Assembly (NCBI GenBank): GCA_964576715.1
Contig: CAZNWE010000004.1
Span: forward strand, 13,681 to 77,680
Direction of reading: 5' to 3'
From: an uncultured Geminicoccaceae bacterium
GTDB lineage: Bacteria > Pseudomonadota > Alphaproteobacteria > Geminicoccales > Geminicoccaceae
DNA length: 64,000 nt
A model generated the notes under the pieces. The model did no database searches and was not told the origin of the DNA. It worked only from the letters and a program-made list of their open reading frames with translations. Positions within the stretch are counted from its first letter, which is position 1. Each line of letters opens with the position of its first letter. A program made the position numbers and the translations under genes. Positions 21,064 through 29,078 of this stretch are shown piece after piece.

Positions 21064-22143
21064 TCAGGTCGCCGTCAGCAGCGTCTCCACCGCACGTATG
21101 GCGGGGAGGTGTTGGGCGATCGCCTGCCAGCTTCGGCCTTCGTCGGCACTCGCGAAGAGGGTTCCGCCGGTGGTTCCGACATAGACGCCGGCCGGATCGA
21201 GCCGGTCGGTTGCCATGGCCTGGCGCAGCACGCAGAGAAACGCTCCCGCCTGCGGCAGTCCGGCTCGGAGGTCGATCCAGCTCTGCCCGCCGTCGGTTGT
21301 GCGCCAGACGGCGGGCTTGCCGTCCGGGACGTAGCGCTGCTCGGCGCCGACCAGCGGCATCAGGTAGAGGGTGTCCGGATCACGCGGATGGGTGGCCGAA
21401 GCGAAGCCGAAATCCGAGGGCAGGCCGTTCTCGATGCTTTGCCAACTCCGGCCGGCGTCGTCGCTCCGGTACATGCCGCAGTGGTTCTGCTGATAAAGCC
21501 TTTCCGGCCGGCCGGCGGCCATGGCGAGGCTGTGCACGCACTGGCCGAACGCGGGATAGGTGGCGCCATGGCCCGTGAAGTCGCAGCGCGTCCCCTGGTT
21601 CCTTGGCTCCCAGCTCGTTCCGCCATCGGTGGTATGGAAGACGCCGCCGGTCGAGATGGCAACCCAGAGTTGATCGGCGTCCTCGGGATGCGCCAGTATG
21701 TGGTGGAGGATGAGGCCGCCGCCACCCGGCTGCCAGTGCCGGCGGCTGGGGTGGGCGGTAAGCCCCTCGACATGCGCCCAGCTCTCGCCGTCGTCCTCGC
21801 TCACGAACAGGCCGGCCGGCTCGACGCCGGCATAAAGACGCCCGTGCGCCCGGGCGAGCGACCACACGCACTTGAGCTTTTCTTCACCCTCGGGGTAAGC
21901 GAGACCCCGGTCGAACCGGGTCCAGCTCCGACCTTGATCGGTGGAGCGCCAGACGGCCGGGCCGAACCAGCCGTCGCCACCCCCGGCCCAGAGCGTACCG
22001 GTCTCGGCATCGGCGATGACGTGACTGACCGGCTGGGCATCGCAAAGCGGGCGACGGAGCGCCCAATCACAGCGCGCCGGGTCTCCCTCGAGGAAGAAAG
22101 CTCCTTTGCCGGTGGCGATCAGGATGACAAGCGGGCGGTTCAT
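21064..22143 (-). CDS. BNR/Asp-box repeat protein (sialidase-fold / Ycf48-like beta-propeller)
   Basis: Repeated Asp-box SxDxGxxW motifs: STDQGRSW, SEDDGESW, TTDGGTSW, SDDAGRSW, TTDGGQSW, SADEGRSW. Start ATG 22143 forms an ATGA overlap with the SRPBCC gene. Confidence 0.8.
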   Translation of the reverse strand: MNRPLVILIATGKGAFFLEGDPARCDWALRRPLCDAQPVSHVIADAETGTLWAGGGDGWFGPAVWRSTDQGRSWTRFDRGLAYPEGEEKLKCVWSLARAHGRLYAGVEPAGLFVSEDDGESWAHVEGLTAHPSRRHWQPGGGGLILHHILAHPEDADQLWVAISTGGVFHTTDGGTSWEPRNQGTRCDFTGHGATYPAFGQCVHSLAMAAGRPERLYQQNHCGMYRSDDAGRSWQSIENGLPSDFGFASATHPRDPDTLYLMPLVGAEQRYVPDGKPAVWRTTDGGQSWIDLRAGLPQAGAFLCVLRQAMATDRLDPAGVYVGTTGGTLFASADEGRSWQAIAQHLPAIRAVETLLTAT

Positions 22144-22613
22144 CGCACAGCCGCCGCTGCCATGAGGTCGCCGAGCCGGTCGAAGCTCGAGCTCCAACCC
22201 TCGTTATGGGAATCGCGGCTTTCGACGGAGGTGAAGGGGGCCTGGTGGAAATGCATGATGGTCTGCTCGCCGATCTCCTCGAGGCGGATCGTCACCAGCG
22301 ATTCGTAGCCGGTCGACTCCCAGGCGAAGGTCAGCGTCAGCCGGTCGGGCGGACTGATCTCACGGTATTCCCCGCCGACCCAGATCTCGTCGCCGCCGGG
22401 TGCCTGCAGGCAGGCGCGCCAACGGCCGCGGACGCGAAAGTCGACCTCGACCTCGCGCGCCGGATGGTCCCGGGGGCCGAGCCAGCGAGCGAGATTCTCG
22501 GCCTGGGTCCAGGCCCGGAACACAAGGGCGGCCGGGGCCGGAAAGCGCCGGGTGATGGTGAGCTCGGGCGCGGCCTGTCCGGCATCGCTCGTCCCGGGTG
22601 CGATGGTCGTCAT
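22140..22613 (-). CDS. SRPBCC/AHSA1-domain protein
   Basis: 157 aa. ELTITRRFPAPAALVFRAWTQAENLARWLGP is the typical Aha1/START-like N-terminus. Commonly paired with ArsR regulators. Confidence 0.85.
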   Translation of the reverse strand: MTTIAPGTSDAGQAAPELTITRRFPAPAALVFRAWTQAENLARWLGPRDHPAREVEVDFRVRGRWRACLQAPGGDEIWVGGEYREISPPDRLTLTFAWESTGYESLVTIRLEEIGEQTIMHFHQAPFTSVESRDSHNEGWSSSFDRLGDLMAAAAVR

Positions 22614-22700
22614 GTGCTCTTCTCCCTGATGGTAAAGCGGCGTCGGCTGGCTTCGGCGAGGCGGTGGCGGCTCAACGCTGGACGATGATCGTACCGGCGC

Positions 22701-23042
22701 TCACTGCTGCTCGTCGGTCAGCGGTTGCTGCAGCTCCAAGAGATAGTCGTCGAGGCGATCGAAGCTGTCGCTCCAGAACCGCCGATAGAATGCGAGCCAG
22801 TCGTCGATCGACTGAAGCGTCTTGGGCTCCAGGCGGCAGGGCCGCCATTGCGCCTCGCGGCCGCGGCTGATCAGCCCGGCGCGCTCGAGCACCTTGAGAT
22901 GCCGCGAGATTGCGGGCAGCGACATGGCGAACGGCTCGGCGAGCTCGGTCACCGTGGCCTCGCCGTGCGCCAGCCGGACGAGAATGGCCCGCCGTGTCGG
23001 ATCGGCGAGGGCGGCGAAGGTCGCGCTCAAGGGATCGGCCAT
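22701..23042 (-). CDS. ArsR/SmtB-family transcriptional regulator
   Basis: FAALADPTRRAILVRLAHGEATVTELAEPFAMSLPAISRHLKVLERAGLI is a canonical ArsR wHTH. Start taken at ATG 23042. Confidence 0.9.
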   Translation of the reverse strand: MADPLSATFAALADPTRRAILVRLAHGEATVTELAEPFAMSLPAISRHLKVLERAGLISRGREAQWRPCRLEPKTLQSIDDWLAFYRRFWSDSFDRLDDYLLELQQPLTDEQQ

Positions 23043-23052
23043 TGGCGGGCGG

Positions 23053-23433
23053 TCAGGGGTTGGCAGGGGTAATCCAGCCGATGCCGGCCCCACCCGGCTC
23101 CTTGATGATGGCGATTCGCCCGACCCCCGGCACGTCGAAGGCAGGATGCACAAGCGTGGCGCCCGCCGCGGTCGCCCTAGCGATACGCGTCTCGACGTCG
23201 TCGACCGCGATATAGGCCATCCAGGACTCCGGCACGCCTTCGAAGTGCGGCTTGCTCAGCTGGAACATGCCGCCGACTGTGGTCTCGCCGCACTTGATCA
23301 CCCAGTAGGTGCCGTCCGGCATCGCCATCGACTCGTAGGTCCAGCCGAGCGCCGTGGCGTAGAACCTCTTCGCCTGCTCGACGTCCCAGGTCATGAGCTC
23401 GTTCCAGTACAAGGTGCCGTGCGACCAGGGCAT
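23053..23433 (-). CDS. VOC (glyoxalase/bleomycin-resistance fold) family protein
   Basis: 126 aa. WNELMTWDVEQAKRFYATALGW...GRIAIIKEPGGAGIGW is the typical PhnB/VOC pattern. First gene of the VOC-ArsR-SRPBCC-BNR string. Confidence 0.82.
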   Translation of the reverse strand: MPWSHGTLYWNELMTWDVEQAKRFYATALGWTYESMAMPDGTYWVIKCGETTVGGMFQLSKPHFEGVPESWMAYIAVDDVETRIARATAAGATLVHPAFDVPGVGRIAIIKEPGGAGIGWITPANP

Positions 23434-23451
23434 CGTCCCTCACCCTTCTTA

Positions 23452-23483
23452 TTAACGTTCCCGTTAACTAACAACAACGTTAA
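23452..23483. promoter_or_regulatory. AT-rich inverted repeat TTAACG-N4-CGTTAA plus a third AACGTTAA element, upstream of the VOC-ArsR operon (candidate ArsR operator)
   Basis: Read directly: ttaacgttcccgttaa (23452..23467) and aacgttaa (23476..23483), 19-50 nt upstream of the VOC start codon at 23433. Confidence 0.3.
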
Positions 23484-23544
23484 ATACCCGCCGAGTCTCG
23501 GTGTCAAGCGGAACGATCGTCGATGAAGAGGGTTTGCGGTCCGC

Positions 23545-23781
23545 CTAGCGCCGTGCGGTCTTGCGGGCCTCGTCCTCGGCGAGCGCGCGGGGGTGCGGCT
23601 TGCCGAGCAGGCCCATAAGCCAGGAGGTGAAGATCGATTCCTCCTTCTCGCCAGGCAGTGGCGGCGGCAGAGCGCGGCCCCAGGCGCCGTGCACGACGAC
23701 GCGCGGCGGGCCGAGCCTGGGCTTGTCGCGGCCGCAGGTCGGGCGAACTTCGCCATTGATGGTGGTCGCATCGATCGGCAT
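23545..23781 (-). CDS. Hypothetical small protein (78 aa)
   Basis: Strong GC3 codon bias in this frame. It lies 5 nt downstream of the preceding membrane-protein gene. No family recognised. Confidence 0.5.
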   Translation of the reverse strand: MPIDATTINGEVRPTCGRDKPRLGPPRVVVHGAWGRALPPPLPGEKEESIFTSWLMGLLGKPHPRALAEDEARKTARR

Positions 23782-23786
23782 CGCGA

Positions 23787-24359
23787 CTACTCCCCTGCGG
23801 CCGTGATTGCCTGGGCCGCTGCGTCCAAGGTCTTGGCCAAGTATATCGTGCCGACGAGCAGGAATGCCAGCGCCAAGGCGGCGACGAGCCCGTTGAAAGC
23901 CTTGCTGCGCGCCCGCTGACGCCGCATGTTCTGCTCGCGGTTGTTGGTCGCGGCGGCGGCGAACTGCTCGATCATCTGCTGGCGAATAGCGTGCAGGGCG
24001 ATGGCCTCCGCCTCCTCGGCGGACTTGCTCTCGGTCTGATAGTACTCGAATGTGGCCTCCGCCACCGACCGGATGTCGATTTCATCATCGGGATGCCGGT
24101 ATTGACGCGGTCGCAAGGCCACGAACAGGAAGAACAGGACGTAAAGAAAAGCCCCGCCGATCGCGACGATCAGGCCGTGCAAGACGAAGGCGAGAAGCGT
24201 CCAGTCGAAACGCGGCACGCCATCGCCGAACTCGCGCAGGACAAGCAGGGTAACGCTCGCGATTGCAGCGATGATCGGCAGCGAGCGGACGACGTTCTCT
24301 TCCTGTTCGAGCTCCCGCTTGTAGGCATCGGCAAACAGCCTCTCGAGGTACTCGTCCAT
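23787..24359 (-). CDS. Hypothetical membrane protein (three predicted TM helices, long charged helical linker)
   Basis: Hydrophobic segments LPIIAAIASVTLLVL, LLAFVLHGLIVAIGGAFLYVLFFLFVAL and FNGLVAALALAFLLVGTIYLA. Coding-like codon usage. No family recognised. Confidence 0.55.
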   Translation of the reverse strand: MDEYLERLFADAYKRELEQEENVVRSLPIIAAIASVTLLVLREFGDGVPRFDWTLLAFVLHGLIVAIGGAFLYVLFFLFVALRPRQYRHPDDEIDIRSVAEATFEYYQTESKSAEEAEAIALHAIRQQMIEQFAAAATNNREQNMRRQRARSKAFNGLVAALALAFLLVGTIYLAKTLDAAAQAITAAGE

Positions 24360-24391
24360 CGAGACGCCATTCGCCGCGTTGGTCTAGCGCC

Positions 24392-25873
24392 TCAGCTGAT
24401 GCCGCCGAGGCTGACGTACTTGATCTCCAGGTACTCGTCGATGCCGTACTTGGAGCCCTCGCGGCCGAGCCCGCTCTCCTTCACGCCGCCGAACGGCGCC
24501 ACCTCGGTGGCGATCACCCCGTCATTGACGCCCAGGAGCCCCACCTCGAGCGCCTCGGCGACGCGGAACACCCGGCCGAGGTCGCGGGCATAGAAGTAGC
24601 CGGCGAGGCCGACATCGCTGTCGTTCGCCATCCTGACGACCTCGTCCTCGGTCTCGAACTTGAAGACCGGGGCCACGGGCCCGAAGGTCTCCTCGTGGGC
24701 GATCATCATGTCGGCATTGCAGTTGGCGAGCACGGTGGGCTCGAAGAACAGGCCGCCCAGCGCGTGCGGCTTGCCGCCGAGGGTCACCTGGGCACCCTTG
24801 GCCACCGCGTCCGCGATGTGCTCCTTGGATTTCTCGACCGCGGCCGATTCAATCAACGGCCCGACCTCGATGCCCTGGTCGGTGCCGACGCCGACCTTGA
24901 GTGCCGCCGTCGCCGCCTTGAACTTCTCGAGGAACTGGTCGTAGATGCCGGCCTGCACGTAGATCCGGTTGGTGCATACGCAGGTCTGGCCGCAGTTGCG
25001 GAACTTGCAGAGAATCGCACCCTTGACCGCCTCGTCGATGTCGGCGTCGTCGAAGACGATGAACGGGGCGTGACCACCCAGCTCCATCGACACCCGCTTG
25101 ACGGTGTCGGCGCACTGCTTGAGCAGGAGCTTGCCGACGTCGGTGGAGCCGGTGAAGGAGAGCTTCCTGACCGTCTTGTTGGCGGTCAGCTCGCCGCCGA
25201 TGTTCGACGCACTGCCGGTGACGATGTTGAACACGCCCTTGGGCATGCCGGCCCGCTCGGCGAGCTCGGCCAGCGCCAGCGCCGAGTAAGGGGTCATCGA
25301 GGCCGGCTTGACCACGAAGGTGCAGCCGACGGCGAGGCCCGGCGCGCATTTCCGGGTGATCATCGCATTGGGGAAATTCCAGGGCGTGATCGCCGCACAG
25401 ACGCCGACCGGCTGCTTGATCGCCAGGATGCGGCGCGAGCCCACCGTCTGCGGGATGACGTCGCCGTAGACCCGCTTGCCCTCCTCGGCGAACCACTCGA
25501 CGAAGGAGGCGCCGTAGACGATCTCGCCACCGGCCTCCGCCAGTGGCTTGCCCTGCTCGCGGGTCATCAGATAGGCCAAGTCGTCCTTGGCCGCCATGAT
25601 CAGGTCGAACCACTTCCTGAGGATCGCCGAGCGCTCCTTGGCGGTCTTCGCCCGCCAGGCGGGCAGGGCGGCCTCGGCCGCGGCGATCGCCCGCTTGGTC
25701 TCCGCCACATCCACGGCCGGCACGGTGCCGAGCGTCTCGCCGGTCGCCGGATCGGTTACCTCGAGGGTCTTGCCGCTGTCGGCCTTCACCCACTCGCCGT
25801 CGATGTAGCAGGACTCCTTCAGGAGCGAGGCGTCCATCAGCCCGTTGCGAATGTCTTTCAGTGCGACCGCCAT
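24392..25873 (-). CDS. gabD: NAD(P)-dependent succinate-semialdehyde dehydrogenase
   Basis: Aldehyde dehydrogenase motifs VSMELGGHAPFIVF (the catalytic Glu box) and FRNCGQTCVCTNR (Cys box). The overall pattern is closest to GabD/SSADH. Confidence 0.88.
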   Translation of the reverse strand: MAVALKDIRNGLMDASLLKESCYIDGEWVKADSGKTLEVTDPATGETLGTVPAVDVAETKRAIAAAEAALPAWRAKTAKERSAILRKWFDLIMAAKDDLAYLMTREQGKPLAEAGGEIVYGASFVEWFAEEGKRVYGDVIPQTVGSRRILAIKQPVGVCAAITPWNFPNAMITRKCAPGLAVGCTFVVKPASMTPYSALALAELAERAGMPKGVFNIVTGSASNIGGELTANKTVRKLSFTGSTDVGKLLLKQCADTVKRVSMELGGHAPFIVFDDADIDEAVKGAILCKFRNCGQTCVCTNRIYVQAGIYDQFLEKFKAATAALKVGVGTDQGIEVGPLIESAAVEKSKEHIADAVAKGAQVTLGGKPHALGGLFFEPTVLANCNADMMIAHEETFGPVAPVFKFETEDEVVRMANDSDVGLAGYFYARDLGRVFRVAEALEVGLLGVNDGVIATEVAPFGGVKESGLGREGSKYGIDEYLEIKYVSLGGIS

Positions 25874-25910
25874 GGTCTTTCTCCCCTAGGATTTCTTGGA
25901 TGTCGTGACG

Positions 25911-27821
25911 TCAGGCCGCGACCAGGCTCTTCGCCAGATAGCGGCTCATGCGCCTGGAGAAGGCACCCGGGTCCGGGACCGGCTCGCCCTCGACGATACG
26001 CGCCTGGTCAAGCAGCAGGAACGCCATTTCGTCGAGATCGGCAGCCGCGCCGTCCGCCTCGACCATGGCTTCGAGCCGAGTGATCAGCTCGTGTTGCGGG
26101 TTGATCTCAAGGATGGGCTTGCTCTGCCCGGCGAAGCTCTCGTGGTGCTTCAACAGCCGCTCGAGCCTCAGATCCATACCTTGGTCCAGGGCGACGAGGC
26201 AGACGGCACTTTCTTTCAGCCGCTTCGACGCGCGGACGTCCTGAACCTGCTCGGCGAGCGTCAGCTTGAGCTTGGCGATCAGCTTGTCGAGCCTAGCCTG
26301 GTCTTCGGGCGCCTGCTCGGGCTCCGGCTCGGCAGTCTCGCCCTTGATCTTCGAGAGATCCACATCGCTCTTGGTCAAAGATTTGAAGCCCTTGCCCTGG
26401 TAGGACCCCACCTCCGGCAACCAGAACTCGTCGACCGGGTCCTCGAACAGCAAGACCTCGATCCCCTTGGCCCGAGCGACCTCGAGCTGCGGGCTGGTCC
26501 GCAGCGCCGCCACACTTTCGCCGGTGATGTAGTAGAGCTCGTCCTGGCCCTCCTTCATTCGCCCGAGGTAAGCCTCGAGCGTGGTCCAACCGGTATCGTG
26601 GGTCGAGCGGAAGCGGGCGATCTCGAGCAGCTTCGGCCGGTTCTCATGGTCCTCGTAGAGGCCTTCCTTCAGGACCGTGCCGAAATCCGTCCAGAACTTC
26701 TCATAGCCTTCCTCCTTGCCCCTCTTCGCCAACTCGTCGAGGAGACGCTTGACCAGCACCTTCCTCATCTTGGCGACGATTGCCCCGTGCTGCAGCGTCT
26801 CGCGGCTGACATTGAGTTGCAGGTCCTCAGAGTCGACCACGCCAGCGACGAAGCGGAGATAGCGCGGCATCAGGGCCTCGACATCGTCGGTGATGAAGAC
26901 GCGCTTGACGTAGAGCTTCACCCCGTGCCGGCGCTTGGGGTCGTAGAGGTCGAAGGGGCGCATCGAGGGGACGAAGAGCAAGGCCGTGTAGCTGAGCTGG
27001 CCCTCGGCGGTGAAATGGACACGCGCGAACGGGTCGTCGAAGGCGTGCGCCACGTGGTGATAGAATTCCTTGTACTGCTCGTCCGTGATCTCGCCCTTGG
27101 GCCGGGTCCAGAGGGCCCCGCCCTCGTTGACCCGCTCGGCGCCCTTCTCGGCGGTCTTGGTGTCGCCGGCCTTGGCCTTGACGTCGAGCAGGATGGGAAA
27201 GGCGATGTGGTCGCTGTAGCGGCGGATGATCTCCTTCAGCTTCCACTCCGAGAGGAACTCCTTGGCGTCCTCCTTGAGATGCAGCGTGATCGCCGTGCCG
27301 CGCGGCCCGGGCTCGGGCGCCTCGCTGATGGTGTAGCCCTGCCGGCCGTCCGACGCCCAGAGCCAGGCCGTATCCTCGCCGGCCTTGCGGCTCTGTACCA
27401 CCACCCGGTCGGCGACCATGAAGGCGGCATAGAAGCCGACGCCGAACTGGCCGATTAGCTTGACGTCGCCGTTGGCCGGCTTGCTCTGCTGCTGCGCCAA
27501 AGCCTCGACGAATCGCGCCGTGCCGGACCGGGCGATGGTGCCGAGATTGGCCTTGAGCTCGTCCCTGTCCATGCCGATGCCGTTGTCGCGGATGGTCAGG
27601 AGCGCCGCGTCCGGCTCGGCGAAGATCTCGATCTTGAGCTCGGTGTCGGTGCCGAGCAGCTCGGGCTGCGACAGCGAGGCATAGCGGAGCTTGTCGCACG
27701 CGTCCGACGCGTTCGAGACGAGCTCGCGGAGAAAAATCTCACGCTCTTTGTAGAGCGAGTTGACCACGAGATCGAGTACGCGGCCGACCTCGGCCTCGAA
27801 GGGCTGAACCGTATCGCTCAT
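25911..27821 (-). CDS. htpG: Molecular chaperone HtpG (Hsp90)
   Basis: FEAEVGRVLDLVVNSLYKEREIFLRELVSNASDACDKLRY and GQFGVGFYAAFMVAD (GHKL ATPase). 636 aa from ATG 27821. Confidence 0.95.
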   Translation of the reverse strand: MSDTVQPFEAEVGRVLDLVVNSLYKEREIFLRELVSNASDACDKLRYASLSQPELLGTDTELKIEIFAEPDAALLTIRDNGIGMDRDELKANLGTIARSGTARFVEALAQQQSKPANGDVKLIGQFGVGFYAAFMVADRVVVQSRKAGEDTAWLWASDGRQGYTISEAPEPGPRGTAITLHLKEDAKEFLSEWKLKEIIRRYSDHIAFPILLDVKAKAGDTKTAEKGAERVNEGGALWTRPKGEITDEQYKEFYHHVAHAFDDPFARVHFTAEGQLSYTALLFVPSMRPFDLYDPKRRHGVKLYVKRVFITDDVEALMPRYLRFVAGVVDSEDLQLNVSRETLQHGAIVAKMRKVLVKRLLDELAKRGKEEGYEKFWTDFGTVLKEGLYEDHENRPKLLEIARFRSTHDTGWTTLEAYLGRMKEGQDELYYITGESVAALRTSPQLEVARAKGIEVLLFEDPVDEFWLPEVGSYQGKGFKSLTKSDVDLSKIKGETAEPEPEQAPEDQARLDKLIAKLKLTLAEQVQDVRASKRLKESAVCLVALDQGMDLRLERLLKHHESFAGQSKPILEINPQHELITRLEAMVEADGAAADLDEMAFLLLDQARIVEGEPVPDPGAFSRRMSRYLAKSLVAA

Positions 27822-27861
27822 CGTTAATCCGCACCCTGTTGCGTGGAAAATAGAGGAGCGT

Positions 27862-27891
27862 GACGTGGGCAGATGGACCGCGCAGTTCAAG
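27862..27891 (-). promoter_or_regulatory. Candidate RpoH (sigma-32) heat-shock promoter of htpG
   Basis: The reverse strand reads CTTGAAC-N15-CCCACGTC about 40-70 nt upstream of the htpG ATG. This resembles CTTGAA-N13-17-CCCCATNT. By eye only. Confidence 0.35.
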
Positions 27892-27967
27892 GTGCCGGCC
27901 CGGCTGCGACGGCTGGTGCTCACGCCCAATCTAGGGCATTATACCTACTCATGCTGGAGGAGAGGCC

Positions 27968-28972
27968 ATGCACGAGTTGGCGCAATGGGCATTCGGCTTC
28001 GTCGGGGCGGCGGTGGTTCTCGCCTTTGCCGTCGTCGTCTACCTGCGCTTCGACTGGCTGCTGCGCCCGATCGCGCCGGCGACGACCAGGGGCGAGGCGA
28101 TGGAGCGGGCGTTCGAGCAGGCGGCTGGGTCCGGCCTCGCCGCACCCTTCCTTGCCGCCAGGCCGACGGACGGCCCGTGGCGGCCGCTGCTCCTGCTCAA
28201 TGCGGCGCACCAGGAGACCGCTCGCCGGGTGATCGCCGGGCACGTGCAGATCGCTCGCGACCCGTTTCTCGACAGCTTCGATCCGCATCACCTGACCGGG
28301 ATCGACGTGCCGATGAGCAGCGCCGCGCACAACAGCGCCCGGTTCAGCTATGTCAGCCCTGCCGGCCGCCGCGCCGCCCACGCGGACGACGCCGATCGCG
28401 GCTGGGTCATCGACGGCGGGTACTTCGAGAATTTCGGCGCGCTCACAGCCCTCGACCTCGCCAATGCGGCGCTCGCGGCGATTGCCGAGGCAGCCGGCGA
28501 CACCGGCGCCGTCTTGCCGATCGTCGTGCAGATCAGCAGCGATCCGGGCCTCGGCAGCCCGATCGTCGATGCCGATGGCGCACCGGGCGAGCGTCGTAAT
28601 CTCGCCAGCGTCGACGAGTTCGCGGCATGTCGCGGCGCTGTCGAGCCATTGCCCTATGCGCCGGTGCAAGACAAGCAATCTGGGTTCCTCGACGGCAACC
28701 AGATCCTGGCGCCGTTGCGGGGCGTGCTTGGCAGCCGCGTCGCGCATAGCATCGCCGCCTCGAAGTCGCTGGCGCGCTTCGCCTGCCGCCGCGAGGCCGC
28801 CGGGCTGCCGGTCGCGAACGGGCATTTCGCCATGTGCGAGACGGCAGCACCGCCACTGGGGTGGGTCCTGTTGCCCGGTGCCGTGCGCGGCATCGAGGCC
28901 TACTGGGAGGCCTGTAAGAATCCTGCGGCGCTGGCCGCTTTGCGTGCGGCCTTCTCGACGGCCATCGACTAG
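27968..28972 (+). CDS. Membrane-anchored hypothetical protein resembling the C-terminal half of a patatin-like fold
   Basis: N-terminal TM WAFGFVGAAVVLAFAVVVYL. Then PLLLLNAAHQETARRV, SSAAHNSARFSYVSPAG and WVIDGGYFENFGA (a DGG Asp-box-like segment). No GxSxG nucleophile elbow or glycine-rich oxyanion loop was seen. Confidence 0.5.
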   Translation: MHELAQWAFGFVGAAVVLAFAVVVYLRFDWLLRPIAPATTRGEAMERAFEQAAGSGLAAPFLAARPTDGPWRPLLLLNAAHQETARRVIAGHVQIARDPFLDSFDPHHLTGIDVPMSSAAHNSARFSYVSPAGRRAAHADDADRGWVIDGGYFENFGALTALDLANAALAAIAEAAGDTGAVLPIVVQISSDPGLGSPIVDADGAPGERRNLASVDEFAACRGAVEPLPYAPVQDKQSGFLDGNQILAPLRGVLGSRVAHSIAASKSLARFACRREAAGLPVANGHFAMCETAAPPLGWVLLPGAVRGIEAYWEACKNPAALAALRAAFSTAID

Positions 28973-29078
28973 ATATTGTGGCACTTGCCGCAGTACCGTC
29001 ACGATCGTGATGTACCTGCGAGCCATGGCCGATGGTTTGCACTTGCCAAACGGCGTCCGCTCACGACATGGTCTGAGT

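Noticed and set aside
28350-29078. Upstream 243 codons of ORF 28350..31646 as part of the helicase
   Set aside because: Ser/Arg/Pro-rich, overlaps the 27968..28972 gene in another frame. The Walker A motif follows shortly after ATG 29079.
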